DNA of 64,000 bases from contig OX597817.1 in the NCBI GenBank assembly GCA_951406725.2, forward strand, positions 45,384,001 through 45,448,000. Reading direction: 5' to 3'. The position numbers and the translations under genes are program-made. The stretch is from Octopus vulgaris (lineage: Eukaryota). Below the pieces are notes generated by a model that had not been told where the DNA came from, did not search any database, and saw only the letters and a program-made list of their open reading frames with translations. Every line of letters begins with the position of its first letter. The stretch's first letter is position 1. This document shows positions 38,950 to 52,388 of this stretch, one piece after another.

Positions 38950-39494
38950 TGTTTGTACGATTTACACATAGATGTGTGCGGTTGTATTTATAAGTACACA
39001 TATATACGTAGAGGACTGTGCATATATATATATATATACAAATGTATACGTGTACTTGTATGGGTATATGTATATACATATATTCATATACACACTTACG
39101 TGTATGTATATATGTATGTATATGTAGACATTCACACATACTCTTATATATAATACATTTAATATATATATGTCTGTGTGTGTGGTTTTGCGTACATTCT
39201 ATACAATATAAACATATATATATATTACGGGGTTTCAACCACTGATTACTGGCCATGCAGCAGCACTTTCTTCTGTGTGTTTTAGTCGATTACATTGTAT
39301 TATATTTAATTTAATTTGCTTCCTATTTGGTATCTTTATATGGTTTCTCTGGTTCATGTCATTTCTTTGACTCACTGCACTTTCCTTTGGCAAACTTTGA
39401 ATCAATTCCATAGGCACGAAATATCAGAAACAGAGAAACCTATTTTCACTACTCTTTGTGTGGGTGGGTTTATATATATATCACATATTTTTTT

Positions 39495-39903
39495 TTTTAC
39501 TCTTTACTCTTTTGTTTCAGTCATTTGACTGGGACCATGCTGGAGCACCACCTTTAGTCGAGCAGATCGACCCCAGTACTTATTCTTTGGAAGCCTAGTA
39601 CTTATTCTATCGGGCTCTTTTGCCGAACCGCTAAGTTACGGGGACGTAAACACACCACCATCAGTTGTCAAGCGGTGCTGGGTGGGGGGGACAACCACAG
39701 ACACACAAACATATACACACACTTACATATATACATATATACGACGGGCTTCTTTCAGTTTCCGTCTGCCAAATCCACTCACAAGGCTATGGTCGGCCCG
39801 AGGCTATAGTAGAAGACACTTGCCCAACGTGTCACGCAGTAGGACTGAACCCGGAACCATGTGGCTGGTAAGCAAGCTACTTACCATACAGCCATTCCTA
39901 CGA
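39495..39903 (-). mobile_element. SINE family A
   Basis: Full-length family A copy. Confidence 0.9.
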
Positions 39904-40463
39904 CTATATATATATATATATATATATACATATATGCAGCATTAAATTATGTCTGATGCAGAACCCAAACGGCGGCAGAAATTTATAAGAGCATATACGT
40001 ATACATTAATAAGAGTAACGACGTTGTAGACGTACTTTGAGTTTACTCACGTAAATGTACTGATCACATTAGATGATATTCAAGTACTATAGCTCTTATA
40101 AATATTTCACATGCACTCTACACCCACGCAAGCTCATATATGTACACATACAAAAAATCACATGGATACATTTTAAAGAATTTTAGATTAAAAAATGCAG
40201 ATACACATTGATTCTGTCTACTTCTGAGTGCATTTCGTAATATTTGATATTGTAGCCAACTTTTTATTATTTTCAGACAGAGCTATAAGGAGCTGCCCTA
40301 GATTTTGAAGAGCTCTTTATACAGAAAGAGAGATTACTGGAACTGCTTTCGTTCCCATGTCATTTACATGTAAAATATGCTTGGCAATCGTATCCATCTA
40401 TCTATATCTCTCTGTTTATCTATTCTATCTATCTATATGTCTGTCGATCGATCTATCTATCTG

Positions 40464-40531
<68 letters not shown>

Positions 40532-40559
40532 CCTATCTACCTATCTATCTATCTATCGA

Positions 40560-41640
40560 GTCGGCTGAGTTGTCAGGACCAATGCAGATCTTCCACGTCT
40601 GATCTCCTGACCTTCCACAACAGTCTATATATCTTCATTTGGATACACAGTGTCTTCCCCAAGTTGACCAATATGTGCGCGTCTTCTTGTTCTGTCGATA
40701 GCGTACTGGCCCTGCATGGGTTTCCAGAGAAGGAAATCGCTGAATATTTCATCATTGCCTCTTCCGTAGTGTTCTGCACAATGTGTTTAGTTTTCTCTGA
40801 TTACCAAGGTGGTCGTAAAAGAACTGCCATGTAATCATTGTTTTTGTATATTGTCATTGCCAAGAATGTTTGAAGATTATAGGAAGCATTCTTGTGTATA
40901 TACCATCAAGCTCATTTTAAATCTGTTGTTCACTGTCCATACTGAAGGGCCTTAAAGTAACAGGTTTACTTTGCAAAAATTTATCTTCTTATAAGGAACT
41001 AGCAGTATCGCCCGGCGTTGCTCAGGTTTGTAAGGGAAATAACTATAAAGCATTTTTAGAGAGTTATAGCCAAAAAACAGCAAAAAGATGGAAAAAAATG
41101 ATAGTAAATTTTTTTTTAGTTAAAAAAGGTGGAGTTGCGTCTCCTAGACAGTTTGCGGTTTGTGTTTCTGATTCTCGACCCCATGTCGAATTTATCGATT
41201 TTTTTCAGAACTGGAGGAACTTTTCAAAATTTTCGCTGCGTTAGTTTTGAATTATGACATTGGGCTATGTGTGTGTCAAGTTTCATCAGAATCGGTTGAA
41301 AGCCGTGGTCAGGGTGAGGGTACAAGAAAACAGACACACAGAAACACGCACAGACAAACTGTCGTTTATATATAGAGAGATGTAAGTTTTCTATATCATT
41401 CTGTTTATACTTAGGGTATTCCATGCTTCTGTAATTCTTTCCTGGCCATCATTTTCTGTTGAAGCAATATTACTTCCCATGTAGGCAAAGTCATCAATAA
41501 TCTCCTGATGAGTGCGATTAAGAACAAATATGTCACGTGTTAAGTTATAGCTCATATATTTAGTGTTACAGGCATGGATATACATAACACTATTTGTGCA
41601 GCCTCAGTCTCAAGTGCATGCAAAATGCCGAAATTTTGAA
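40560..41640 (-). mobile_element. RTE-like LINE RT remnant interrupted by a Helitron
   Basis: Minus-strand peptide IIDDFAYMGSNIASTENDGQERITEAWNTLSINRM (F.YLGS motif). The element appears to continue at 40560-40990 on the other side of the Helitron. Confidence 0.65.
40999..41380 (-). mobile_element. Non-autonomous Helitron nested in the LINE
   Basis: Minus-strand A|TCTCTCTATAT start, hairpin plus CTAG|T end. The 5' part matches 9718-9925 and the 3' part matches 33045-33106. Confidence 0.85.
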
Positions 41641-41899
41641 ATGAGCTTCAATCGAATGTGACACGACTAGTTTGAATATTCGGAGAATTTTGTTTCTTAA
41701 CCCTTTGCAGTTGTATCAGATAAAATTGAAGACGTAGATGTGTCGCTTTTAAGTCCAAGTTTCCTCAGGATAGGCCGACATCCAAAAAGCTGAGAATAAT
41801 ATAGAAAAGAAAAAAAATCGTCCGGGAACAGATGCAAGAATACTGAGTATATTTATTTTATTGAAACTAGGTTACTAATATAAACACAAAAATATATAT

Positions 41900-42357
41900 T
41901 TTTTTACTACCTACAAGGGGCTAAATACAGAGGGAACAAACAAGGACAGACAAACAGATTAAGTCGATTACATCGACCCCGAGAGGATGAAAAGCAAAGT
42001 CGACCTCGGCGGAATTTGAACCCAGAACGCAACGGCTGACGAAATACCACTAAGCATTTCGCCCAGCGTCCTAACGTTTCTGCCAGCTCGCCGCCTATCA
42101 ACATAAAAATATATTTCTATTGAAATATATATTTCTTTACAACCCACAAGGGGCTAAACACAGAGAGAACAAACACGGACAAAGTGATTAAGTCGATTAT
42201 ATCGACCCCAGTGCGTAACTGGTACTTAATTGATCGACCCCGAAAGGATGAAAGGCAAAGTCGACCTCGGCGGAATTTGAACTCAGAACGTAACGGCAGA
42301 CGAAATAGGGGTACGTATTTCGCCCGGCGTGCTAACGTTTCTGCCAGCTCGCCGCCT
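41900..42357 (-). mobile_element. Two tandem SINE family B copies (41900-42095, 42128-42357)
   Basis: Two heads (ggcggcgagctggc), separated by ~30 bp that resemble the outer flanks. Confidence 0.9.
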
Positions 42358-43539
42358 TTAAACACAAAAATTTAATTGGATTGAAATATAGTAACGGGCA
42401 CAGCAGTTTTATTGGAAAAGATAACACACTTGAAATTCTGATAAATTGTGAAACTTTATTTACATATATAAGAATTGAATTTATAATGAAGCAATTTGCA
42501 TACTGAATTAGATTTTCAAATGGTTGTTGTCTACAAATATACCAAATAACTAGAAAACTAAGTTTTGCCAGTGTGTTAGTCTTCTAATTACAAGAGAGCT
42601 ATTTCATTTGCTCATATTAGTTAACTGCATTTTTCACATTTGCAGTTGAGGTATTTGCAGTAAACCATATTTGAATGGTTTCATATACAAAAATACTGTA
42701 TAATAAATTGCTGATTTAATTTCTTAAGAAATTGAAAATTATGTGAAAAATGTTCTAACGGGCACGCAATATGTTGATTTTTATGACATGCGTTTTATAA
42801 TAAAAGGCTTCAAAATAGTGAAAGAACATATTTGTTGTATTAAAATATCATGGTACTTTTTATCTAATTTTCAAGAAATGTTAACAGGGATTAGCTCATC
42901 AAAGTGTTGAGCAGTAAACCTGCTTTGCCCTTTTTGGAATATGGTGTTATGCTCATTAAACTACGACCACAGCTAATTGTTTTTAGAATGAGGACCGTTT
43001 AAGTTTTCTACATACTATTCTTATTTTCTTGCCCCCTAACAATCACTTGTGCTAAAATAATACGCAGATTTAAATTATGGATCAATTTTCCTTAAACCGT
43101 TTGATTCCTTCATACATAAATTCGATCATTACACTGTTGTAATTCGGACAGTAATAAATTTTATCTAACCCCTCGACATAGTTGAAACTTGGCGATGCTT
43201 TGCGAATTCGAAGTCCTAGTTAGTGAAAATGGAATCAGTGACACACGTGCTATTATCTGATGTTCAGTCAAAAGGCCTCAAATATGTGTAGTTTCCTACA
43301 TACAGATTCTTCTCTTGTTGACAGTATGGATTTCTTCGTTATAACATAGTAACTAAATGTATTTTCTGTTCTTGAAAATTCCCGACTCTACTTCAAGATC
43401 CGCTCAGAAGGCATCACTCAACCAGACATAACAAGGGCGTTTTCAGGATTCTGATTCCTTTGTACGCCCTGTGGTTTTCATAATTAGTCCAAACGTTTTA
43501 ATGTTTTATAGTCATCATTCTGGGCTATCCAAACATGCT

Positions 43540-44360
43540 TTAGCTAGTTAGAAAAAGAATTTTCAGCATTTTGGAGGATGTCGCATATTTTTAATCTACA
43601 ACGAATCATCTGTTGGCTTTCTCTCGTACTAGCCTCTAGTCCAAAGAAATACGCGCTCCGGGAAATTCGACAATTGAATTTCATATCCCAGTTTACGAAT
43701 GACATTCATTGCATCAACCGAATTATAAATTCGCTTACAGATGCACTATCACGCATGCAAATCGATGCTCTTTAGACACAAAATCCTGTGGCTATTGCAA
43801 ATATAAATAATGATCAGAAGGTTGATAACAGGCTATTGCATTTACTAACGAATTAATGTTCTCTTGAATTTCAAAGCCTGTTCTTCATTCATCCAAGTGA
43901 CCTATTTTACGTGACATTTCTACTGCGCACAGGCTTTCATATGCATCCAAAAAGCATCCAAAAGACATCACTGATCCGTTTGCTCTACACACAATGGTCT
44001 ATCACATTGTGAAACAAATTTATTTCATTTTGATTCAGAAGTACAGGAATTAATAGTGATGTCCGATATTGGGTAATGAATTGTGTTCCTAAAATCCATC
44101 GACACCTCAGATCACTCTTAGGTAAATTCACCACCGAAACCGCTCGATTTGTTTGTGGTACTAGGAAATATTCAAACGAGACCTTCGAAGACCAAAGTAA
44201 CGCAGGATTCCGTGCCATTCACTTACAGCATTAACTTACACTTACATAGCTTAAACTTGGAGACACACATATGACTACTGGCAGGGTCAGCCACATATCT
44301 CGGCATATTAATTCCTCTCAACCTCATGTACATACTTACCTGCATTGACAGGTACAATTG
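43540..44360 (+). mobile_element. Ty3/gypsy pol remnant (RNase H end to integrase start)
   Basis: Peptide REIRQLNFISQFTNDIHCINRIINSLTDALSR matches 'R..R.L..I.QF...I.HI.G..N.VADALSR'. The downstream sequence is decayed. Confidence 0.75.
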
Positions 44361-44422
44361 ATTTTAACACTTTTGTTTCACTGAAATAAAGTGGTAGACA
44401 TAGTCACAGATTTTATATGACT

Positions 44423-44740
44423 CTAGCCTTAAGCTGCCCCTCGGTCCTTCAAAAATTGAAACTCCTTACGATACTGCCTGGGAGATCATGGTATGAAATT
44501 CATTTTCATTGCCCCCATTTGGTCGGCAGTGTTATGTATTTAGTTAAAAATGCAGTAACAATAGGGGGTCAGTGGGGGGGGCAGTTAGGCGGCCCTTAAA
44601 AAATAGACCCCTTAGGACATTCCGTGGGATTAGGGAAGTTGCTGGTTTCACTTCATTGCCCTTGCACCAACGGTGTCGGAGGAGTTAACGAACATAAAAA
44701 CGTAGCGGACGGAGTGCCATCATTCAAATTCATTTTAAGA
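44423..44740 (-). mobile_element. Short Helitron-like element
   Basis: Minus-strand TC start and CTAG end. It shares 'ggaggagtta..aaca' with 124-409. Confidence 0.35.
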
Positions 44741-46514
44741 TTGGGTTGCTTGTTTTGTTACTTCATCTAAAATTGCAACGACAGAGGAAGTGATTTCGTA
44801 TGCGAATCACTTGAACTTACGAAATAAACTAACAAAAATTGATTCGCAGTTTTAATAACCGGAAACTTGATGGAAATGTTGTACATCTTCATTGCCAGTT
44901 TACAACAGCTATTAATGACTATTCTGACTCTTCTAATAGGTGTGAACGTTTATTGTTAATTCTTCTTGGAACTGGTTCCACAATTAAAAGATGAATTAAT
45001 TGTACTATATCAGAGTAGTTAGAGGGTAACACAGCATTTTGTTATATAGCCAGCTAAAAGCAATGACAACTGATTTTCTCCTTTTTATTCCAAAATATAA
45101 GTTTTGCTCGTTTCAACATGCGACTATGCAAAAACAACAAGGACATTTCGCTTGAAATTCCACTTGCGAGGAGGACACGAGCAAGTACAGACTACTGCAT
45201 TCATGACGCAAATGAATCCAAAGTGCTCTGAGCAATAGAATAGCTATAGACGAACTGAATGCCCCAGCCTTTCTTTCTCAAATCATGGCTTGGCACGTAT
45301 GTCCGAATAAAAATGCTTCCGCTTTTTACACTTAATGCTTTATCATTTCACACATTGATTTTGTATTTGCGACAGTACCGCAATTTGGATTGCCGTTTTT
45401 TGTAAAACACATTTTTCCTGTACTCGCATTAAATTCTTTAGAAACAAACTAATAAATATTAGGCAGTTATTTTAATTAGATACTGTGACACATGTCAATG
45501 GAGAGTTCTTTTTAGCGACGTATTCTTAAACTTCTCGCAAATAACTTGCACATGTAAGTGCTACTAGTCAAAAACTCCGCATACCGGAGAATGCGCGCCG
45601 TTCTGGAGACTACCTCTCGACGGCATCAATGCGCCCAGGCCCCCCACTCACTGTTATGAGGCCCCGCTAGCTAGATCAATTACGTATTAAATAAAGCTCA
45701 CTATTTCTCTAGCCCTTGCTCATCATCTCTTTTTAACCAAATCGATTGGCTAGCCTTCTCCACTGTATTCTTAGCAGTGAGTGTCAGTAAATTTCGTTTT
45801 AACAAAAATTCACTTCCTTCGATTTACATGGACAAATGTCCATTCTAACGAAATAAATAAAGCAACTTGTTTTGTGCTTATTATTTAAAAAAGTGTTCCT
45901 GAATTTTTGAAACCCGTTTATATTTACTTTCGCGGCAACTGCATGTCATTAGAAGGAGGCTTAATACTTTCGTCCTTTCTCTTCTTATAATCTCTAATGT
46001 TTCACTTTAAATGCGTTTTATCATTTATAGTCTTCACCAAATTCGTTCTAATAGTTTGTTCCTGGGCAACAATAGTTAGAGTTTCTAGGTTTCCATCAGC
46101 CTGTCACAACTGGCGTTCTGTACATTCAAAATCACCATTACGATGCATTAATTGGCCATGGGGGCTCTTTGTTATCCCGGTTAATGTTCCGTCTGTTATT
46201 CTTTCTATCCCTGAAATTTAGATCTGTTTCGGGGACTACTTTGCTATCTCTAAGCACAGATGTGAAGCATTATTCCATATGTTCAACGTAGCAGTGATGA
46301 TGTATGCTGCACTTAACATGCCCTATCCATTTCCTGCTTTCGTAAGTAAAAACTGTTGGTATAACTTAATTCAGCGGTGCTTGGCATGGCTGTTCAATAC
46401 TTACTGAAGTGACAGAAGAAAAATAAAAGAAAAACAGGAAGTTTTTTTTATAAACGAAATAGCTTCCTGCTCTACATTTGCATAAAGTAGCGAAAATGGG
46501 AGGCAGAGAAACCA

Positions 46515-46745
46515 ATTTATTCATTGTCCACAGAGGGCTAAACATAGAGGGGACAGACAAAAATAGACAAAGGGATGAAGTCGATTATATCGACCCCAGT
46601 GCATAACTGGTAATCAATTTATCGACCCCGAAAGGATGAAAGGCAAAGTCGACCTCGGCGGAGTTTGAACTCAGAACGTAACGGCAGACGATATACCGCT
46701 AAATATTTCGCCCGGTGTGCTAACGATTCTGCCAATCACCGCCAT
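46515..46745 (-). mobile_element. SINE family B
   Basis: Family B body and head. Confidence 0.9.
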
Positions 46746-47664
46746 CACAGGCAGAGTAACTCATAACCAAACTCTTCCTAATTTTTTCCTATCAAAAGTT
46801 TGTAAGACCAAACGATAAAAAATAATCATGTTATGATTGTCTTCCAACGATTTTGTTTTCCGTTCGTTTGCTGTCTTTGCTACCCAAGCACGCTGTTTGT
46901 TAGCTACTTGTATTCTTAAACATCTGTTTATCTCTTTTAATGTTATGTTGATGGGTGTTTTTCTTTTTAATTTACTTGTGTTTGGTGGCAAGCCATTGTT
47001 TATATTTGTACTGCCACCACTGTGCCGAAAACCTTTTCGTCTTTACAAAATACTGAATAATGTGCTTCTTATATTTGCAGCTTAAATATTTCTCATTTCA
47101 AAACAAAATTTAAAATCTTAGTAGTGGAAATAAAAGTTTATTTGTAGCGCTGAAACGTAGTGCCCACCTGTAGGTATGCAAGAAACTATACACATTTTAA
47201 TTTTATTTCAAATTGACATTAGACAATACCAATTATAAACCAGCTGTGAATAATTAACAAATCTTTTTATTCTATTTTCATAACTATTGTTCTAAAATAA
47301 TGTGAAAGAAATAATAATCATGAAAGACCGACTCAAAATTGGAAATTTAACCTAACATTATGATGGGTATTGTTATAATATATTTTTGAAGCATTCTTGC
47401 GAAAATATTTTTACTGCATTTGCGATAATTGCTTATTTAATAATAAATATTTCAATAGCTTTTTTATTGTTTTGTTTAATGCCTTCTCGAATTTTGCTGA
47501 GGATACTCTTAACATAATTGTAAAATTTCATTAATTGTTGTTGCTGTAAACAATTAAGTATATTTGTTGAGGAATTATGAATCAGATTGATTAACATCCG
47601 CTATTATTATGTAAATACATCAGTATTCTACTGGCACGAATTTCTGCTGTATATATTCATTTGG

Positions 47665-48052
47665 ATTCTGTTGTGTCTGGGGAGAGTAAATTTATTTTTG
47701 TGCCTTATAATTTAACACACTCACCGGTAAAATTTCCACTTATTTCTTATTTTTATTTTTCTAAAATTTTCGTTGCGTCTTGCCAGCTTTGCAATAGTCC
47801 GTTATAGTCTTGACTCTGTCCGTTATTTACACTGCGTTCCCTTTCGTTTGTTTGTGCGCATGTACGTGCACACAAACAAACAAAAGGGAACGCAGTGTAA
47901 ATAACGGATATGGTCAAGACTATTGTAAAGGTTGCAAGACGCAATGAAAATTTTAGGAAAATAAAAAGAAGAAATAAGTGGAAATTTTATCGGTGAGTGT
48001 GTTACATTATAAGGCACAAAAAGAAAATAACTCACCCCAGACACAACAGAAT
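47665..48052. repeat. Fold-back palindrome (~390 bp) with degenerate hammerhead-like motifs in both arms
   Basis: The arms are reverse complements centred at ~47860. The right arm, 47920-47956, reads CTA-TTGTAAA-G-GTTGC(aagac)GCAAT-GAAAATTT-TAG. Confidence 0.9.
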
Positions 48053-48444
48053 ATGCTTCAACACACGAACTCATATAAAGAATCTTGCAAACCAAATCCA
48101 AAAGCGAAATATTCATTTCAAATCCTCTATAAATTAGTTTTAGCAACAACAAACGCATCAGTATATTGGACACGCATAACAAGGGCAGCCACAGGAACTT
48201 TCAGATAGAAAGTGCCTGACGTTAGACTTACAATTGGCTTCACAGATAAACTCTTTAGAATTTCTCAAATAATGACGATATAAATATAGCCCCACAAAGA
48301 GGAGGACAATCAGCACCGGACATATTGTAAGTTTCTGAATGATTTAAAATATCTTAGAATTTCAGAATTATTACATCACCAAAACGTATTAACAGATATG
48401 GAGTTACGACAGCTATTATAAAGCTACATATTGATGCTTTCACA

Positions 48445-48469
48445 ATGATGATAATATAATAAAAATGAC

Positions 48470-48507
<38 letters not shown>

Positions 48508-48752
48508 TAATAATAATAATGATGATGATGATGATGATGATGATGATAATTTGTGGTAGTATTAGTAGTATTTTGTTGTTATTATTATTGTTATAATAAC
48601 TATTATTATTATTGACATTATAATATTTACTATTCTTCTTCTTTTTCTTCTTCTTCTTCTTCTTCTTCTTCTTATTATTATCATTATTATTATTATTATC
48701 ATTATTATTATTATTACTTTTAATATTCTTATTATTATTACTATTATTATTT
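48445..48752. repeat. Compound (AAT)n/(GAT)n then (ATT)n/(TTC)n microsatellite
   Basis: Seen directly. The strand bias flips at ~48550. Confidence 0.95.
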
Positions 48753-48899
48753 AGTAGTCGAAAGCAGCTTTCACTGCATTGTCAAACGCAGCTCTGTGTA
48801 CCTTGGATTCGTGCTGCCGTTTGTTGTGGCGCAGTTACTTTCACTATATTGAAATCATGTTACGTAGGATATTTGCGGTGCCTATACCATCTTTATATT

Positions 48900-49800
48900 T
48901 ATTCTGGCGCGTGCCTATACCATCTTTTTTCTTTTGTTATTCCATATTGTTGGCATAGCTTCCAGTGTATATAGGTTCCAACTCTGTCTGGTCTGAGAAT
49001 ATATTCCGTCTTAGCCAGGATTGAGAAACCAGAGATAATATGATTTATTGTTCCTTCTCCCTCTCCACATATTCTGAAGTTTCATGTTGTATTTGTTTTC
49101 ACTGTAAGTTTTTAGTAATTTCAGGTGGAGAGCCTTGTGCTGCAATTTAATAATCTTTCAATATCTACTCTTAGTCCTGAGCTTCTCAGTCATTGTTGAG
49201 GTTTTGCTTTGTCGATTTCTTTCGCCTTTACTTTAACCCAATATTTGCCACGAAGGGGCCATTCTTGCCATTGTTTTATCATGATCCATTGCTGTCTTAG
49301 TTTTGATTTCAGTTGTTTTACAGCGTTTGTAGTTTCTTCTATTTCCTCATAGTTGTTAGGTACTATGACTTATTTTCTGTATTTCCCAGCTTCCTTAAAA
49401 ACGGAAAACAGTCTTTTTTCTTAGTATGTTGTAGCTATTTGTATTAGCTGCCTTTGCTTCTGAAGTAGATATTTCTATAGTCATATGGTGGTTATTTTGC
49501 AAAAGTTTTCTAGCTGTAAAGGCCTCTAACACTTTCGATACGTTGAATATATAGCTTTCTATGTCAGATTTTGGGTGGCGCATTCTAAATCCTGTCAACA
49601 TTTTTCTTATTTTCCTTTCTATTCTAATTAGTTCATTAGAGTCCGGTTAAGAATATTGTAGCTGTAAATTGTAAGTAGGTCGGCTAGAGTGTTGATACCT
49701 ATTATTTTGTTTTTCACATTGAGCTCTGTTTTCGGTATTAATCTGACACGTCTGTAGCATTCTCTTTTTAACTTCTCTTTCATTTGTGTGTTGTATCGTA
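48900..49800 (-). mobile_element. R4/Dong-like non-LTR retrotransposon remnant
   Basis: Minus-strand peptide KMLTGFRMRHPKSDIE matches 'K.LT....HHPK.D..RLY'. It lies next to an (ATT)n tract. Confidence 0.7.
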
Positions 49801-50733
49801 TCTAGTACATTATTATTATTATTAGCATTAGTATTTCAGAGACCGTTGTTATTTGGCTCAATCGAGGTTTCATTGAGCGGAAAAATACTCAAACGTATTC
49901 CAACCATCACAATTCATAGCACGATTCATTTCATTCATAATGCATTTAGAATTACATTATGCAACGCTTCCTTCCATTGCAAGACAGCTGCTTTATGTTG
50001 GTTGCTACGCCAAGCAGATAAATATATTACACTTGTAACGCTCACCCATCCGCTAATAATCTTTATTGATGTTGTTCTTGTTGTTTTATGCCTGACCAAC
50101 CTTTACAGAGTAGATCTATGACCAAAGATATACCAGACGGAAACACTACAAAGCGCAGATGGATTCTTCTTCCTTTCACTCAACGTGAGGTACATTGTAA
50201 CAACAAATGGTTTCCATCTGTCTCGATCTTTGACAATGGATTGCTGTTGCTTCCATTTGAATTCCATCACAGAGAACATGTCTCTTTTGTCCGCTATGTG
50301 TTTGGTGGGACGTTTAAATGAGTTTTCTATCATATTAAGCGTATCTAACGATGCTCTTTTATAAGCGTTGCTGTTGGTGATCAAGTTCATATTTAAATGT
50401 TTAACTGAGCCTCTTCATGCTTATATGCATTTATCCCAAATACAGTTGGCTACAAATGATGCTGCTTCTCTGTTTGTGCTAGATTTTTAAACCCTTTCTC
50501 CACACAATTCCCAAACCACAAGTAGTGTATTTACCGATATCTTCACTGAAATATCATATATACTGCAATATTTGCTTTATCCTTAAATACTGAAAATGGA
50601 AGCTGTACTCCTTCGCCACAACTTTCTCTCACTAATTTTTCTGTTGGCCTGCTCGCTTAGCCAGTGGGGTCGCATCATTTGTGACCAGCAATGTGCAGCA
50701 ACATCTGACAGCCTGGTCGATCACGGTGATCAC

Positions 50734-50795
<62 letters not shown>

Positions 50796-52153
50796 TATGT
50801 ATGTATGTATATATGTATGTATGTATGTTTGTACGGATGAATGGATGGATGGATGTATATATTTCGTTTCAACTTGATTTCAAATTGAAGCGGAGATTTT
50901 AGATATCAATGCTCATTAGACAAGCTCCTACTGTAATAGATCAAAACAGCGTACAGTAAATATTGCTATATCTATAAACAGTTGGATATTGTATACCGTT
51001 AACGATAATACAATTGCATCTTCTCTTTAGCTTCAAGGTCGTAGACTTGGATGAATTCAGGCCATCGATGGCTTTCATTAGTCGTTTTGAAAATGTAACA
51101 AGTTGAAAGACCTCAAGCGTATAAGAACGGGGAACTGTGTCATATGGTTTTTTATAGCTCAGCCATAGTGAAACCAGTTTCCCCTATTACAGTTGCTGTT
51201 ACAGTTTTGTTGATCAACAATTGTTCGGCGTATCCCCACATTCTACTATTTTGTTCATAGCTGCTTATTTTGCTCAGATGATATGCTTATTACACAATGG
51301 TTTTGGATGAATGCAATTAAACAAGATGTTTATATTTTGCGTATGAACTATTGCTATTGTATGCATGTTTTCATGGCTTTTATTTTCAGTTCTATATTTT
51401 CCAGAATTAAAGCGGGTCACCAAATGGCAAGGGCCATTTCCTTAATTCGAACAACGCTTGAGGGTCTGTGGTTGGCTGTATTGGTTAATGTATGGTTGTG
51501 TATTTGTCTGTGTGTATTTGTGCGTATATATACCAGTATATATTTTTGATTACTGTTTATGAGTGTTTACTCTTAGGGTTTTCACATGTGTATGTGATCT
51601 TGTGAACACGTTGAAGCAGGACCTCATATGAGGAATCGCAGAAATGTTTTATAAATTTCAGCTGTTCTTCTGATAGTCTGAACCCTTGAAAATGTGAACA
51701 GAACTGCAATTTTCGTTCTTGCAGAACCCTTGTAATTTCAGTTTTCGATGCGCATCACGTTCTTGCATAGTGTATCGCACCTATCACAGTAGGAATGAAG
51801 GAAAATCTGTAGGTTATTTATAATCTATGTTTCTCATTTTTTCCCATACATGTTCTCCTGTTCCTCATTTTCTGGAGAATAAATTCACATTCGCTCAGCA
51901 TCTTACCTATAAAATGGCACACGACTTTATCTGTCTGTTTAATCCAACTGTATCTATCCTGGAATGTTTGAAACGGATTTCTGTGTTTTTAGATCATCCC
52001 ATCAGTATCCTGTATTTTAAAAGGTGTGAGCACTTACTGGTCTTCATGTGCTGTTTCGTATGGCAGTCATAACAATTATTCCAGGAACAATTATTGCAAA
52101 CCATTCTATCGACAATGTCGTGTCTCACGGAAATGTAGTCTTCAGATATATCT

Positions 52154-52388
52154 TATTTCTTTACTGCCGCCCCTCCAGGGGCTAAACATAGAGGGGGCAA
52201 ACAAGGACAGACAAAGGTATTAAGTCGATTACATCGACCCCAGTGCGTAAATGGTACTTATTTAATCGACTCCGAAAGGGTGAAAGGCAAAGTCGACCTC
52301 GGCGGAATTTGAACTCAGAACGTAAGGACAGATGAAATACCGCTAAGCATTTCGCCCGGCGTGCTAACGTTTCTGCCAGCTCGCCGCC
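52154..52388 (-). mobile_element. SINE family B with 16-bp target-site duplication
   Basis: Flanked by gtcttcagatatatct (52138-52153) and gtcttcggatatatct (52391-52406). Confidence 0.92.

Noticed and set aside
40278-40370. Candidate exon after a strong acceptor (ttattttcag)
   Set aside because: There are stops in all frames from that acceptor, no convincing donor, and no recognisable peptide.
45900-47000. Possible pogo/Tigger transposase remnant on the minus strand (KRKTPINITLKE)
   Set aside because: Only a short basic N-terminal resemblance; I could not identify TIRs or DDD motifs.
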